Shown here piece after piece: positions 20,420-28,147 of a stretch of DNA of 41,298 bases. Position 1 is the first letter of the stretch. Each line of letters begins with the position of its first letter. Both the position numbers and the translations under genes were made by a program. Under the pieces are notes generated by a model. That model searched no databases. It saw only the letters and a list, made by a program, of their open reading frames with translations, and was not told the DNA's origin. Source of the stretch: Nitrospirota bacterium (GTDB taxonomy: Bacteria > Nitrospirota > UBA9217); the NCBI GenBank assembly GCA_029858565.1, contig JAOUEV010000030.1:1-41298 (forward strand), written 5' to 3'.

Positions 20420-20961
20420 AACTGGCGGAGTACCTGGGGAAAATGGGTGGAAGCGCAAAAGCGCCGCCCGGCGTAGGGCCTTGGGAGCTGTTCTGGTCCT
20501 GGATCGGTTCGGTCATCGGGATCGGTCTCTGCGGATATCTGTCAGCGAAGTACTTTGAGCCTTCGGACCGGACGCTCTTGATCGGGTCCTTTGGAGCTTC
20601 GGCCGTGCTGGTCTACGGAGCGATAAAAAGCCCGCTCGCCCAGCCTAGGAATCTGGTAGGTGGTCACTTCATCTCAGGCATAGTAGGCGTGGCATGTTCG
20701 TTGCTTTTCGGCGATACTCCCTGGATTGCCGGAGCGCTGGCAGTATCAATTGCAATTGTGGCGATGCTGGCAACTAAGACCCTCCATCCGCCGGGAGGCG
20801 CCACTGCGCTCATCGCGGTCATTGGAGGCCCAAAGATCCACGCCCTGGGCTTCACCTATGCCCTTGTTCCTGCAGGAGCAGGCGCAGTGATCCTTCTAGT
20901 CGTCGCGCTGGTGGTCAATAATCTGTCGAAAGATCGGCGATATCCCGAGTATTGGTTCTAA
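20416..20961 (+). CDS. HPP family membrane protein (possible nitrite transporter)
   Basis: Motifs LIGSFGASAVLVYG, SPLAQPRN, LHPPGGATAL and C-terminal RRYPEYW. Confidence 0.9.
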   Translation: MKLAEYLGKMGGSAKAPPGVGPWELFWSWIGSVIGIGLCGYLSAKYFEPSDRTLLIGSFGASAVLVYGAIKSPLAQPRNLVGGHFISGIVGVACSLLFGDTPWIAGALAVSIAIVAMLATKTLHPPGGATALIAVIGGPKIHALGFTYALVPAGAGAVILLVVALVVNNLSKDRRYPEYWF

Positions 20962-20988
20962 AGCGGTTTATCGGCAAAAGGGAACCGG

Positions 20989-21030
20989 AAACAGCAAAGC
21001 CGGGCAAACGGGTGCCCGGCTTTGCTGTTT
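20989..21030. terminator. Bidirectional terminator hairpin between the convergent HPP and Rrf2 genes
   Basis: Perfect 18-bp stem AAACAGCAAAGCCGGGCA / TGCCCGGCTTTGCTGTTT with a 6-nt loop. Confidence 0.75.
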
Positions 21031-21049
21031 TGCAGACAAACGCCAGGTT

Positions 21050-21454
21050 CTAGCGTTTCTTCTTGGTGAGGTCTTTGATCGTTTTCTTCAAAAGGCGTTT
21101 TTCCACTTCCTGCCGGATCTCGACCCAAAGAGGATGGACAACGCACGTGCTGCTCATCCTGCACAATCGTTTGTCTGTAGCGCAGATGTTTATCCCCGTA
21201 TCTCCCTGTATCGATTCCATAATGGCGAGGAGGCTGATATGCTCGGGTTTCCTGGCCAGGCGAAATCCTCCGGCCACGCCGCGTATGGACGAGAGTATCC
21301 CGCTCTTCACGAGGCGCTGTACGATCTTGGCAAGGAAGCTTTTCGGAATATGCATCGCTTTAGCGATCTCCGATACGCTGGCGAGCGGTTTTGATTCTCC
21401 TGCAAGAAAGAGAACCGTTCTGATCGCATAGTCGGTCTCACGAGTAACAAGCAT
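21050..21454 (-). CDS. Rrf2 family transcriptional regulator with three Fe-S cysteines (NsrR/IscR-like)
   Basis: Motifs TRETDYAIR, IPKSFLAKI, SIRGVAGGFRLAR, ISLLAI and NICATDKRLCRMSSTCVVHPLW. Confidence 0.92.
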   Translation of the reverse strand: MLVTRETDYAIRTVLFLAGESKPLASVSEIAKAMHIPKSFLAKIVQRLVKSGILSSIRGVAGGFRLARKPEHISLLAIMESIQGDTGINICATDKRLCRMSSTCVVHPLWVEIRQEVEKRLLKKTIKDLTKKKR

Positions 21455-21532
21455 GGGTTTGGTACACCGCCTCTCGGGCCGCGCCTGTGCGCTCGATGTT
21501 CAGGTAAATGAGCTCAATCAGGTACATCCAGC

Positions 21533-21569
21533 CTGCTATTTATTAACCAATAGCAGCAGTGTTTGTCAA
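21533..21569 (-). promoter_or_regulatory. Rrf2 gene promoter with overlapping inverted-repeat operator
   Basis: Minus-strand TTGACA (21569-21564) and an AT-rich -10 near 21547-21541. Inverted repeat CTGCTATT-N8-AATAGCAG (21533-21556) covers the -10. Confidence 0.55.
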
Positions 21570-21663
21570 TAGCATTTTCCCTAACAGGGAGATGTCTGGT
21601 CCGGAATAGTCCTACGAGCTGTGTGCAGCGTCACATGAGTTCCTCTGCGAGCAGCAGGAGCCG

Positions 21664-21978
21664 TCACTCTACCGGAGTCACAACGGCCATGACCACGAGC
21701 TGCTCTCCCTGATCAGCGGCAAATCCATGGAGAACATTTGGGTCACAGGGAATACAGGTCTTTGCATCTGCCACGATCTTCTCATCTCCCACGGTAAAGG
21801 TTCCCTTTCCTTCAACACAGTACATGAGCAGGCGAAGAGGTGCCTTGTGGGGCTCAAGTTTCTGCCCCGGACTGAGGCACATCAAGGCGATGCGCATTTC
21901 CGGACTGTCCTTCAGCATTTCCCGGGAGATGCGATCAGGGTAGAACTTTGCGACTTTCTTGAGATCGATGGTTTCCAT
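21664..21978 (-). CDS. Cupin domain protein
   Basis: LSPGQKLEPHKAP...CVEGKGTFTVG...DPNVLHGF is the cupin_2 two-motif pattern. AAGGAG RBS precedes ATG 21978. Confidence 0.85.
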   Translation of the reverse strand: METIDLKKVAKFYPDRISREMLKDSPEMRIALMCLSPGQKLEPHKAPLRLLMYCVEGKGTFTVGDEKIVADAKTCIPCDPNVLHGFAADQGEQLVVMAVVTPVE

Positions 21979-22075
21979 AGAAACTCCTTTCACGAACAGC
22001 GATTAGTAACACGTATACAGCTGATCAGTCATGATATCGCGGCAGAAACACAGCATGCATCATAGAGTATCAGCA

Positions 22076-23011
22076 TCACTGGACAACTGTCTTCGGTTGT
22101 AAGTTTTTGCAGTTTTCCTCGGGCAGGGAACATTGCCCGCTTCCCAATCCCAGATGGAACAATCCGTTGCCCCGTCCCAGTTCCTTGTTGCAGGCAACAA
22201 TACAAGCGCCGCAATTTACACAAGATATGTCCCGCTTGTTTTTACGAGGCGAAACTTTCATGAAGCAGGCCCGGTCGCAGCCTTTGCAATCAGTGCACGC
22301 CGATATGCGCGAAACGTCCATGTTGAGCCGCAGCGAACGGGAACTGAGCCATCCGAAGAGCATCTGCATGAGTCCTGCCGCGCAGACAAATCTGCAGAGC
22401 ACATGACGGACGACGATCGACGTGATGAGCATGTAGATCGCCACGCCGATGATGCCGGCCTTGACGCCGAAGGTAAATTGCCAGTTCACGATCTGGCTCC
22501 AGATTGTTGCCGGAGCCACGAAATACCCGGTGAGCGCCACGCCGCCGGCAAGAGGGATGATGAGTGCGCTCGCCAGGGCGATGGTTCCATACACAGGTCT
22601 GTTTCCTTTTGCCTGCGGCGGATCATTCGGATGAGCGTTGAAGAGATCTCTCCGGCCGATCAGTTTGAGAGTGAGGAAATCAGAGAGTTCGAACAGGGCG
22701 CCTTCAGGACAGGCCCAACCGCAGAACAACCGGCCGGTAAAGTAGCCAAGCAGCGGAAAGACCGCAAGGAACACGAGCCAGGGCAGTATGCCCTTCAGGA
22801 AGACCTGCAGCGCTATATGAAATGCAGAGGATGCGCCCCTGTCGGCATACAATTCCGGCTGGATGCCGAAACTCCATGACGTTCCGAACAGGATAAGCTC
22901 ATGGGTGTCCGAGTCGATCCTCAGGATGTTCAACACCGGCATCAGGAAAACGAGCAGGATGAATGCTATCTGTGATAAGCGACGATACGTGGTCAGGCGA
23001 TCGGTTCCCAT
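22076..23011 (-). CDS. Membrane polyferredoxin (NapH/CcoG-like 4Fe-4S binding protein)
   Basis: TM helices with GRLFCGWACP and LCRFVCAAG; C-terminal CTDCKGCDRAC and CVNCGACIVAC. Confidence 0.85.
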   Translation of the reverse strand: MGTDRLTTYRRLSQIAFILLVFLMPVLNILRIDSDTHELILFGTSWSFGIQPELYADRGASSAFHIALQVFLKGILPWLVFLAVFPLLGYFTGRLFCGWACPEGALFELSDFLTLKLIGRRDLFNAHPNDPPQAKGNRPVYGTIALASALIIPLAGGVALTGYFVAPATIWSQIVNWQFTFGVKAGIIGVAIYMLITSIVVRHVLCRFVCAAGLMQMLFGWLSSRSLRLNMDVSRISACTDCKGCDRACFMKVSPRKNKRDISCVNCGACIVACNKELGRGNGLFHLGLGSGQCSLPEENCKNLQPKTVVQ

Positions 23012-23017
23012 GGTCTA

Positions 23018-23060
23018 TTTATACCATGTCTGCGCTAGGGGCGATATGACATGGGTCATA
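23018..23060 (-). promoter_or_regulatory. Crp/Fnr-type palindrome plus extended -10, probably leaderless promoter
   Basis: TATGAC-ATGG-GTCATA (23045-23060) is centred 41.5 nt upstream of ATG 23011. Minus-strand TGG-TATAAA has its hexamer at 23023-23018. Confidence 0.6.
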
Positions 23061-23089
23061 AGCCGGATACGGCCGGATCAAGGGTCTGT

Positions 23090-24286
23090 TCAGAGCCAGT
23101 AGCGGACGATGCCGACAAGGAGGACGAGCGCAGTAGGAAGATACAGCAGCCGGTAGGTCGCTCCGATATCCGCATGGAAGTACCGAATGGTCAGGAGCAG
23201 GCAGAGATGGGTCGGGGAGAGCATGACGCCGGCGAATCCGCCGGCAAAAGCAAGTGTAACTACCCCGGGATCGGGCACACCGCCGGTCATGGCGACGATA
23301 ATGGGAAAGGTCGCACCCACAAAGGCAACGGTGAGACCGGTCAAAAGTCCGACCATGAACGGGAGAGCCAGAAAGATCAGAGCAGGAGGCATCCCGCTGC
23401 GAGCAAAGGTGCGGGGCAGTGCGTCGATCGCGCCGGAGGCATCGAGCATACCCTTGAAGACCATGACCCCAAGCACCATCAAGAGTACTTTCAGAGAAAC
23501 GCTCTCTTTGAGCGTGGTTCCCAACTCAGCAGGACTGTACCGGTAAATGAGGAACAAGGACGACACGACCAGAGCCATGGCCAGGGACAGGCTCATTTTG
23601 AACACCAGTACCAGGACGATCGACGCAGCGATCGGAAGCAGCGATACGGCCAGGTCGCGGAGGTCGCGGGTCCTGCGCGTATCCGGCACCTGGTGGCCTT
23701 CCACACCCTGAAAACAGAGCAGCGCGCCGGAAACAACGACCGCGACGGCAAGTGGGGCCTGGGAATGCATGAGAGTGTTGAGCGGCAGGCCGGTCACTGC
23801 CGCGGTGAGCACCACGCCGGGATAGAGCGGGGAAAGGTACTCCCATATATGCCTGAACCAGTAGTTGATGAACGCCCTGCGTTCCGGCGTTATGGAGAGA
23901 TCTCCTGCTGCCTCCTGTACCATGGGTGCGGAAAAGGCGGCTCCCCCGGCAGATGGAAGCAGGCCGATAACGCCGGGGAGAATGGCCATGGTAACACGCC
24001 GGTCCCTGGCAACTCGCGAAAGCGACTCGGTCATCTGTTTCAAAAGCCCTCGTTTTCTGATTATGTTCTCCAGCATCATGATCAATACCAGGCCTCCCAC
24101 AAGGTTCAGCGTGACCGGATCGATTGATGCGCGGGACGCTATTGCCAGTTGCCGCACGGGGCCGATACCGTAAAGCCCGCCGAGCGTCGCGGCGGCGAAT
24201 AGCATCACCGCGCCGAGATTCCAGCGGAATCTAAGCAAGAGCACGATCAGCAGGAATGAAACGCCTATGCGAAGGATGTCGGTCAT
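23090..24286 (-). CDS. DUF401 family multi-pass membrane protein (ion-transporter-like permease)
   Basis: Roughly 11-12 hydrophobic segments; IGLLPSAGGAAFSAPMV, FINYWFRHIWEY, GVMLSPTHLCL. Confidence 0.8.
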   Translation of the reverse strand: MTDILRIGVSFLLIVLLLRFRWNLGAVMLFAAATLGGLYGIGPVRQLAIASRASIDPVTLNLVGGLVLIMMLENIIRKRGLLKQMTESLSRVARDRRVTMAILPGVIGLLPSAGGAAFSAPMVQEAAGDLSITPERRAFINYWFRHIWEYLSPLYPGVVLTAAVTGLPLNTLMHSQAPLAVAVVVSGALLCFQGVEGHQVPDTRRTRDLRDLAVSLLPIAASIVLVLVFKMSLSLAMALVVSSLFLIYRYSPAELGTTLKESVSLKVLLMVLGVMVFKGMLDASGAIDALPRTFARSGMPPALIFLALPFMVGLLTGLTVAFVGATFPIIVAMTGGVPDPGVVTLAFAGGFAGVMLSPTHLCLLLTIRYFHADIGATYRLLYLPTALVLLVGIVRYWL

Positions 24287-25071
24287 CGAATATAAGCCTC
24301 GCTGAGATAAAAAAGAACTGCCGCACGTATTGAATACCGTTCCATCTTCCAGTCGTCAGGAAGGGGCTGAAAGGGGGCCGCGTTCCGTATGGCGCGAAGG
24401 GCCTCATCATCCAGGATCTTGTAGCCCGAAGATTTGAGGAGCTCAAGCCCCGCAAGGGAACCGTCTTTCATAATATCGAACTTGATGTACAGCGTACCCT
24501 GAAGACCGGAGACAGCGGCCAATTCCGGGTATTTCAGGATGCTCTCCACCTTGATCTTCAGCCAGCGGTTGTAGGATATGAATTTAAACTCATCCGTATC
24601 CAGAGTGACCGATTCGTCGCCGGGACGCTTTTCCGGCATTCCCTTGCGGGCAAGCGTATCGATATCGGCTTGCGAGAGGAACGGTAGCGGATTTACGCGG
24701 TCCTGCGAGCTGCCTTCGCCCTTGCCCGACGGAGCGGTGCCGCGATCGCTTCCGTCAGGCAGGCCTCGATCGTGGGTCGTTCGGGGCAGGTCCACGGCAT
24801 CGGATTCACCGAACCGGGAAGGAGTTGGTACTGCCGAAGGCGGTACAGGACGGGGCGGTACAACCGGGGACAGGGGTGCGGGAACGGCTGCGGGACGCTC
24901 AAGGCGCGGAAGATCCTTCAGGACCTCCCGGGGAAGCTCTACGACATTGACCGGCGTTATCTCCAGAGGCTGCTGCCGGATATGTGCAAAATATACCGCT
25001 GCTGCTATGATCAGGACATGCATCCCGAGCGAAGCAGTGATGAACCGGATGACGTGCAGGGAGCGTTGCAT
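24283..25071 (-). CDS. Energy transducer TonB family protein
   Basis: N-terminal TM with SLGMH (SxxxH), Pro-rich linker, TonB_C domain YPELAAVSGLQG...SSGYKILDDEALRAIRNAAPFQPLP. Confidence 0.85.
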   Translation of the reverse strand: MQRSLHVIRFITASLGMHVLIIAAAVYFAHIRQQPLEITPVNVVELPREVLKDLPRLERPAAVPAPLSPVVPPRPVPPSAVPTPSRFGESDAVDLPRTTHDRGLPDGSDRGTAPSGKGEGSSQDRVNPLPFLSQADIDTLARKGMPEKRPGDESVTLDTDEFKFISYNRWLKIKVESILKYPELAAVSGLQGTLYIKFDIMKDGSLAGLELLKSSGYKILDDEALRAIRNAAPFQPLPDDWKMERYSIRAAVLFYLSEAYIR

Positions 25072-25199
25072 ATGCGTGGTTGAAAATAGCCGCTACATGG
25101 CAGAGGCCGATCGCGGCAATGGACATGAAAGAACGGAATTGTGAACATCGACGTCTTCCGAGTGTCCGCGCACGACGTGGGTCATTTCATTTCCCTGGT

Positions 25200-26246
25200 T
25201 CAGATCTTCTTCTGCATGCGATCGGACACGTTCCGCAGAAGCTTCAGGATCGCTTCGGATTGATCGGGAGTAAGGCTCCCCATTCCGCAGGACGGTGTCA
25301 TCAGGGATTGCCGCAGAAGAGCTGCGCGGTCAATGCCGGCATTCTGCAGGCGATGCATGCTTTCATCAAGGATGGAGATAAGCTGGTCTGCTGTCTCGTT
25401 CCCGGTAAATGCTCCTGTTGGCACGATGCCCCATGCGAGCGCGCCGCCTCGTGCGATGAACCGCTTGATATCCTCCGGGTAGAGGAACACCTTGTCCCGG
25501 TAGCCGAAGGCGTCGAAGTTGACGATATCGACCTTTGTGTTGAAGATCATTGGCCAGTCAGCGTTTCCGCAGCAGTGGATGCCGGCGATACCACCCCGTT
25601 CGTGGATCACATCGATGATCTCGTTCAGTTTCTCAGCCACCATTTCCGGTGAAGCTGCGGAAAAGGCAGAGCCCAGTGACTCCATGGCCGGCTCATCAAG
25701 AAAGATGATGACCGGGAGACCGAAGCCTTTCAACTGGCTGATCTGCCATGCCGCTTTCATTGCAAGGCCCTTGACTACAGCGTCAAAGAGCAGTTCGTTA
25801 TGAATGATGTCCTTGCCCGTCTCATCCTTGAACGAGATGCCGGCGGTGAGCGGGCCGGTGATGTGGCCTTTCAGGAACCGGGCGCCTTTTGGGAGCCCGT
25901 TCTTTGCGAGCTGCCGGAGAAAACCGAAAAAACCGGCGGCATAGGTCTCGGAGATAGCGAAAAAAGAGTCGTCCTTGTCCAGGTAATGCTGGAAGAACCG
26001 CTCCAACTCCGGGGTCAGGTCCCGGGAACTGTCAAAGGAGAACCGTTTCTTGCCCTCGTCGACAATGATGCCAGGCAGGGATTCGCTGTACTGGCCATCC
26101 ATGTGCTCGCGAAAATCGCGCTTCGGGAGCTGAGGCCAAATGGGCGCCTCGGACAGATACCGGAGAGATAATGACGCCGCCTGGTCAGGATCGACGACCG
26201 GCAGACTGCCGATGCCGGTGGCAATACAGTTGAAATTATAACTCAT
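25200..26246 (-). CDS. Core (single-barrel) cobalamin-independent methionine synthase, MesB-like
   Basis: ATGIGSLP, WPQLP, KGHITGP, FLDEP; candidate Zn ligands in GIHCCG, NFDA and TPSCG. Only 348 aa, so no folate-binding N-terminal barrel. Confidence 0.75.
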   Translation of the reverse strand: MSYNFNCIATGIGSLPVVDPDQAASLSLRYLSEAPIWPQLPKRDFREHMDGQYSESLPGIIVDEGKKRFSFDSSRDLTPELERFFQHYLDKDDSFFAISETYAAGFFGFLRQLAKNGLPKGARFLKGHITGPLTAGISFKDETGKDIIHNELLFDAVVKGLAMKAAWQISQLKGFGLPVIIFLDEPAMESLGSAFSAASPEMVAEKLNEIIDVIHERGGIAGIHCCGNADWPMIFNTKVDIVNFDAFGYRDKVFLYPEDIKRFIARGGALAWGIVPTGAFTGNETADQLISILDESMHRLQNAGIDRAALLRQSLMTPSCGMGSLTPDQSEAILKLLRNVSDRMQKKI

Positions 26247-26284
26247 GGTACACGGATCCTTTCGGAATCAGGAAGATGAACCGA

Positions 26285-26313
26285 ATTATATATTCATGGT
26301 CATGAAAATACAA
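26285..26313 (-). promoter_or_regulatory. Sigma70 promoter for the methionine synthase gene with a palindrome in the spacer
   Basis: Minus-strand TTGTAT (26313-26308), 17 nt, TATAAT (26290-26285). TTCATG-GT-CATGAA at 26293-26306. Confidence 0.6.
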
Positions 26314-26409
26314 CTTAATCTTGCAAGTTCCATTCTGGGACTTGATGCCGGACAGAGATCCATGAACCGTCGAAGAACCGTAATGCAGCGTTGATCAAGT
26401 AATTTCCGC

Positions 26410-26438
26410 TTGATTGACCCTTCTTAACCTGCTACTAT
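26410..26438 (+). promoter_or_regulatory. Sigma70 promoter for queF, probably leaderless
   Basis: TTGATT, 17 nt, TACTAT with a TGn extension. The ATG is 7 nt downstream with no SD. Confidence 0.55.
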
Positions 26439-26445
26439 CACCCTT

Positions 26446-26804
26446 ATGAAATACGGAACAAAAGCAATCAAGGAAGCTCAGCTGGAGATCTGGGACAATC
26501 CTAATCACGACAGGGATTACACGATCGAAATAGCCTACCCGGAGTTCACCTGCCTTTGCCCCCGGTCGGGGTATCCGGACTTCGCCAGCATCGTGATCAC
26601 CTATGTCCCGAACAGGAAGATCGTTGAACTCAAGGCGTTGAAACTCTGGCTTAACAGCTTCCGGGACAGGAGCATTTCCCATGAGCCGTCACCAACCTCA
26701 TATTCGACCGGCTCAAGAAGGACCTGCGCCCCCGCAAGCTCGAGGTCGTAGGCGACTTCAACGCCCGGGGCAATGTAAAAACGGTCATTCGCGTTAATCT
26801 TTGA
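26446..26804 (+). pseudogene. queF: preQ1 synthase QueF (type I) with a 1-nt deletion near 26685 (or sequencing error)
   Basis: [31 protein letters not shown] and ISHE in the first frame, then the shifted frame [39 protein letters not shown]. Confidence 0.85.
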
Positions 26805-26892
26805 ACGTATTCAGCCGCCTGATATCCTGAAAGCCCTTGACTCCAGAAGTACGCCGTGTTATGTAGTGACGCACTTTGCATCGGAGGTCATC

Positions 26893-27752
26893 ATGCGCTC
26901 GGCATTGATGGTCATTTTCTTCCTGATTGTCGCTCCCAGCCTATCATCGGCGCAGCCTGCGCCGGAGTCATTCGCCCCGCTCGTCAAGAAACTGAACCAT
27001 GCTGTTGTGAACATCTCGACCAAACAGGTGATCAAGGTCCGGCCGCAATCGCCTTTCGGCGATCCATTGATGGATGAATTCTTCAGCCGCTATTTCGCTC
27101 CACCGCAGCGCGAACAGGTCCGGCAAAGCCTTGGATCCGGTGTTATCATCAGCACCGATGGGTACATCCTGACGAACAACCATGTGGTCGATAAGGCGCG
27201 GGACATAAAGGTCGCTCTGACCGATGGTCGTGTGCTCGACGCCAAGCTTGTGGGCAAAGCCGCGGAGATCGATATTGCTCTCATCAAGGTGAACGCTGAT
27301 AGTCTGCCGGTCGTTGAGCTGGGAGATTCCGATGCCATCGAGGTCGGGGACTGGGTCGTGGCGATAGGCAATCTTTCGGACTTTCCCATACAGTGACCAA
27401 AGGAATCGTTTCCGCGAAGGGAAGGGTCATTGGCGCGGGACCTTATGATGATCTCATTCAGACCGATGCCGCCATCAATCCGGGGAACAGCGGGGGCCCG
27501 TTGTTCGATCTCCGGGGAACGACCGTAGGGATCAATACCATGATCCTGACCAAGGGTGGTCCGGCTGCGAAAGCCGGTCTTGTCCGCGGCGATGTGATCC
27601 TGGAACTGAACGGGAAAAAGATCATGGACCCGGCCGAACTTCCGAGAATGGTCGCATTCGGACACATCGGCAAGACCGTCGTGTTCAGCGTGGTCAGGCA
27701 AGGAAAGACCATGGAGAACCGAGCGACAATAGAGCCGCGTCCGGAAAAATAG
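26893..27752 (+). pseudogene. degP: DegP/HtrA serine protease pseudogene (frameshift plus internal deletion)
   Basis: Signal peptide and triad motifs TNNHVV, DIALIK, GNSGGP. GNPFGL is broken by a missing C at about 27373. GINTMILT joins directly to the mid-[13 protein letters not shown]. Confidence 0.8.
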
Positions 27753-27817
27753 TCTTCCGGTACACAGTGGTTGCACCGGTTCCGCGTAGTTGAAATTATA
27801 AAGCGAGGTACTAAAGC

Positions 27818-28147
27818 ATGTTTGGTCTCGGAATACCGGAGCTGATCGTCATTTTCGTGATCGCCTTGGTCGTATTCGGACCCAAAAAGCTGCCCGAGCT
27901 GGGGAAAGCGTTGGGTAAAGGGATCGCCGAATTTAAGCGTGCATCCCAGGAAGTCAAGGATTCCATCGAGTCGGAGGTTCGGGCGGCGGAGCATTCCATT
28001 GATACGGCGAAGTTGAAGGCCGACGTGGAAGGCGTTGTCCGTGATGCGGAAAAAACAGTGACGGATTCAACGAACCTTTCAGGGAATAGTGCCAGCGATG
28101 ATCTGGGCGGGCCGCGCAAGGAGCCGGAGGCATATGGCAAGTCCTGA
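27818..28147 (+). CDS. tatA: Twin-arginine translocase subunit TatA/TatB family
   Basis: MFGLGIPELIVIFVIALVVFGPKKLPELGKALGKGIAEFK. Confidence 0.9.
   Translation: MFGLGIPELIVIFVIALVVFGPKKLPELGKALGKGIAEFKRASQEVKDSIESEVRAAEHSIDTAKLKADVEGVVRDAEKTVTDSTNLSGNSASDDLGGPRKEPEAYGKS

Noticed and set aside
20970-21035. GGCAAA...GCAAAGCC resemblance to a c-di-GMP-I (GEMM) riboswitch
   Set aside because: No P2 stem with GNRA loop and receptor is present. It lies between convergent 3' ends and is explained by the terminator hairpin.
27757-27780. Possible sigma54 promoter CGGTAC...TTGCA upstream of tatA
   Set aside because: GG-to-GC spacing is 12 nt rather than the required 10.
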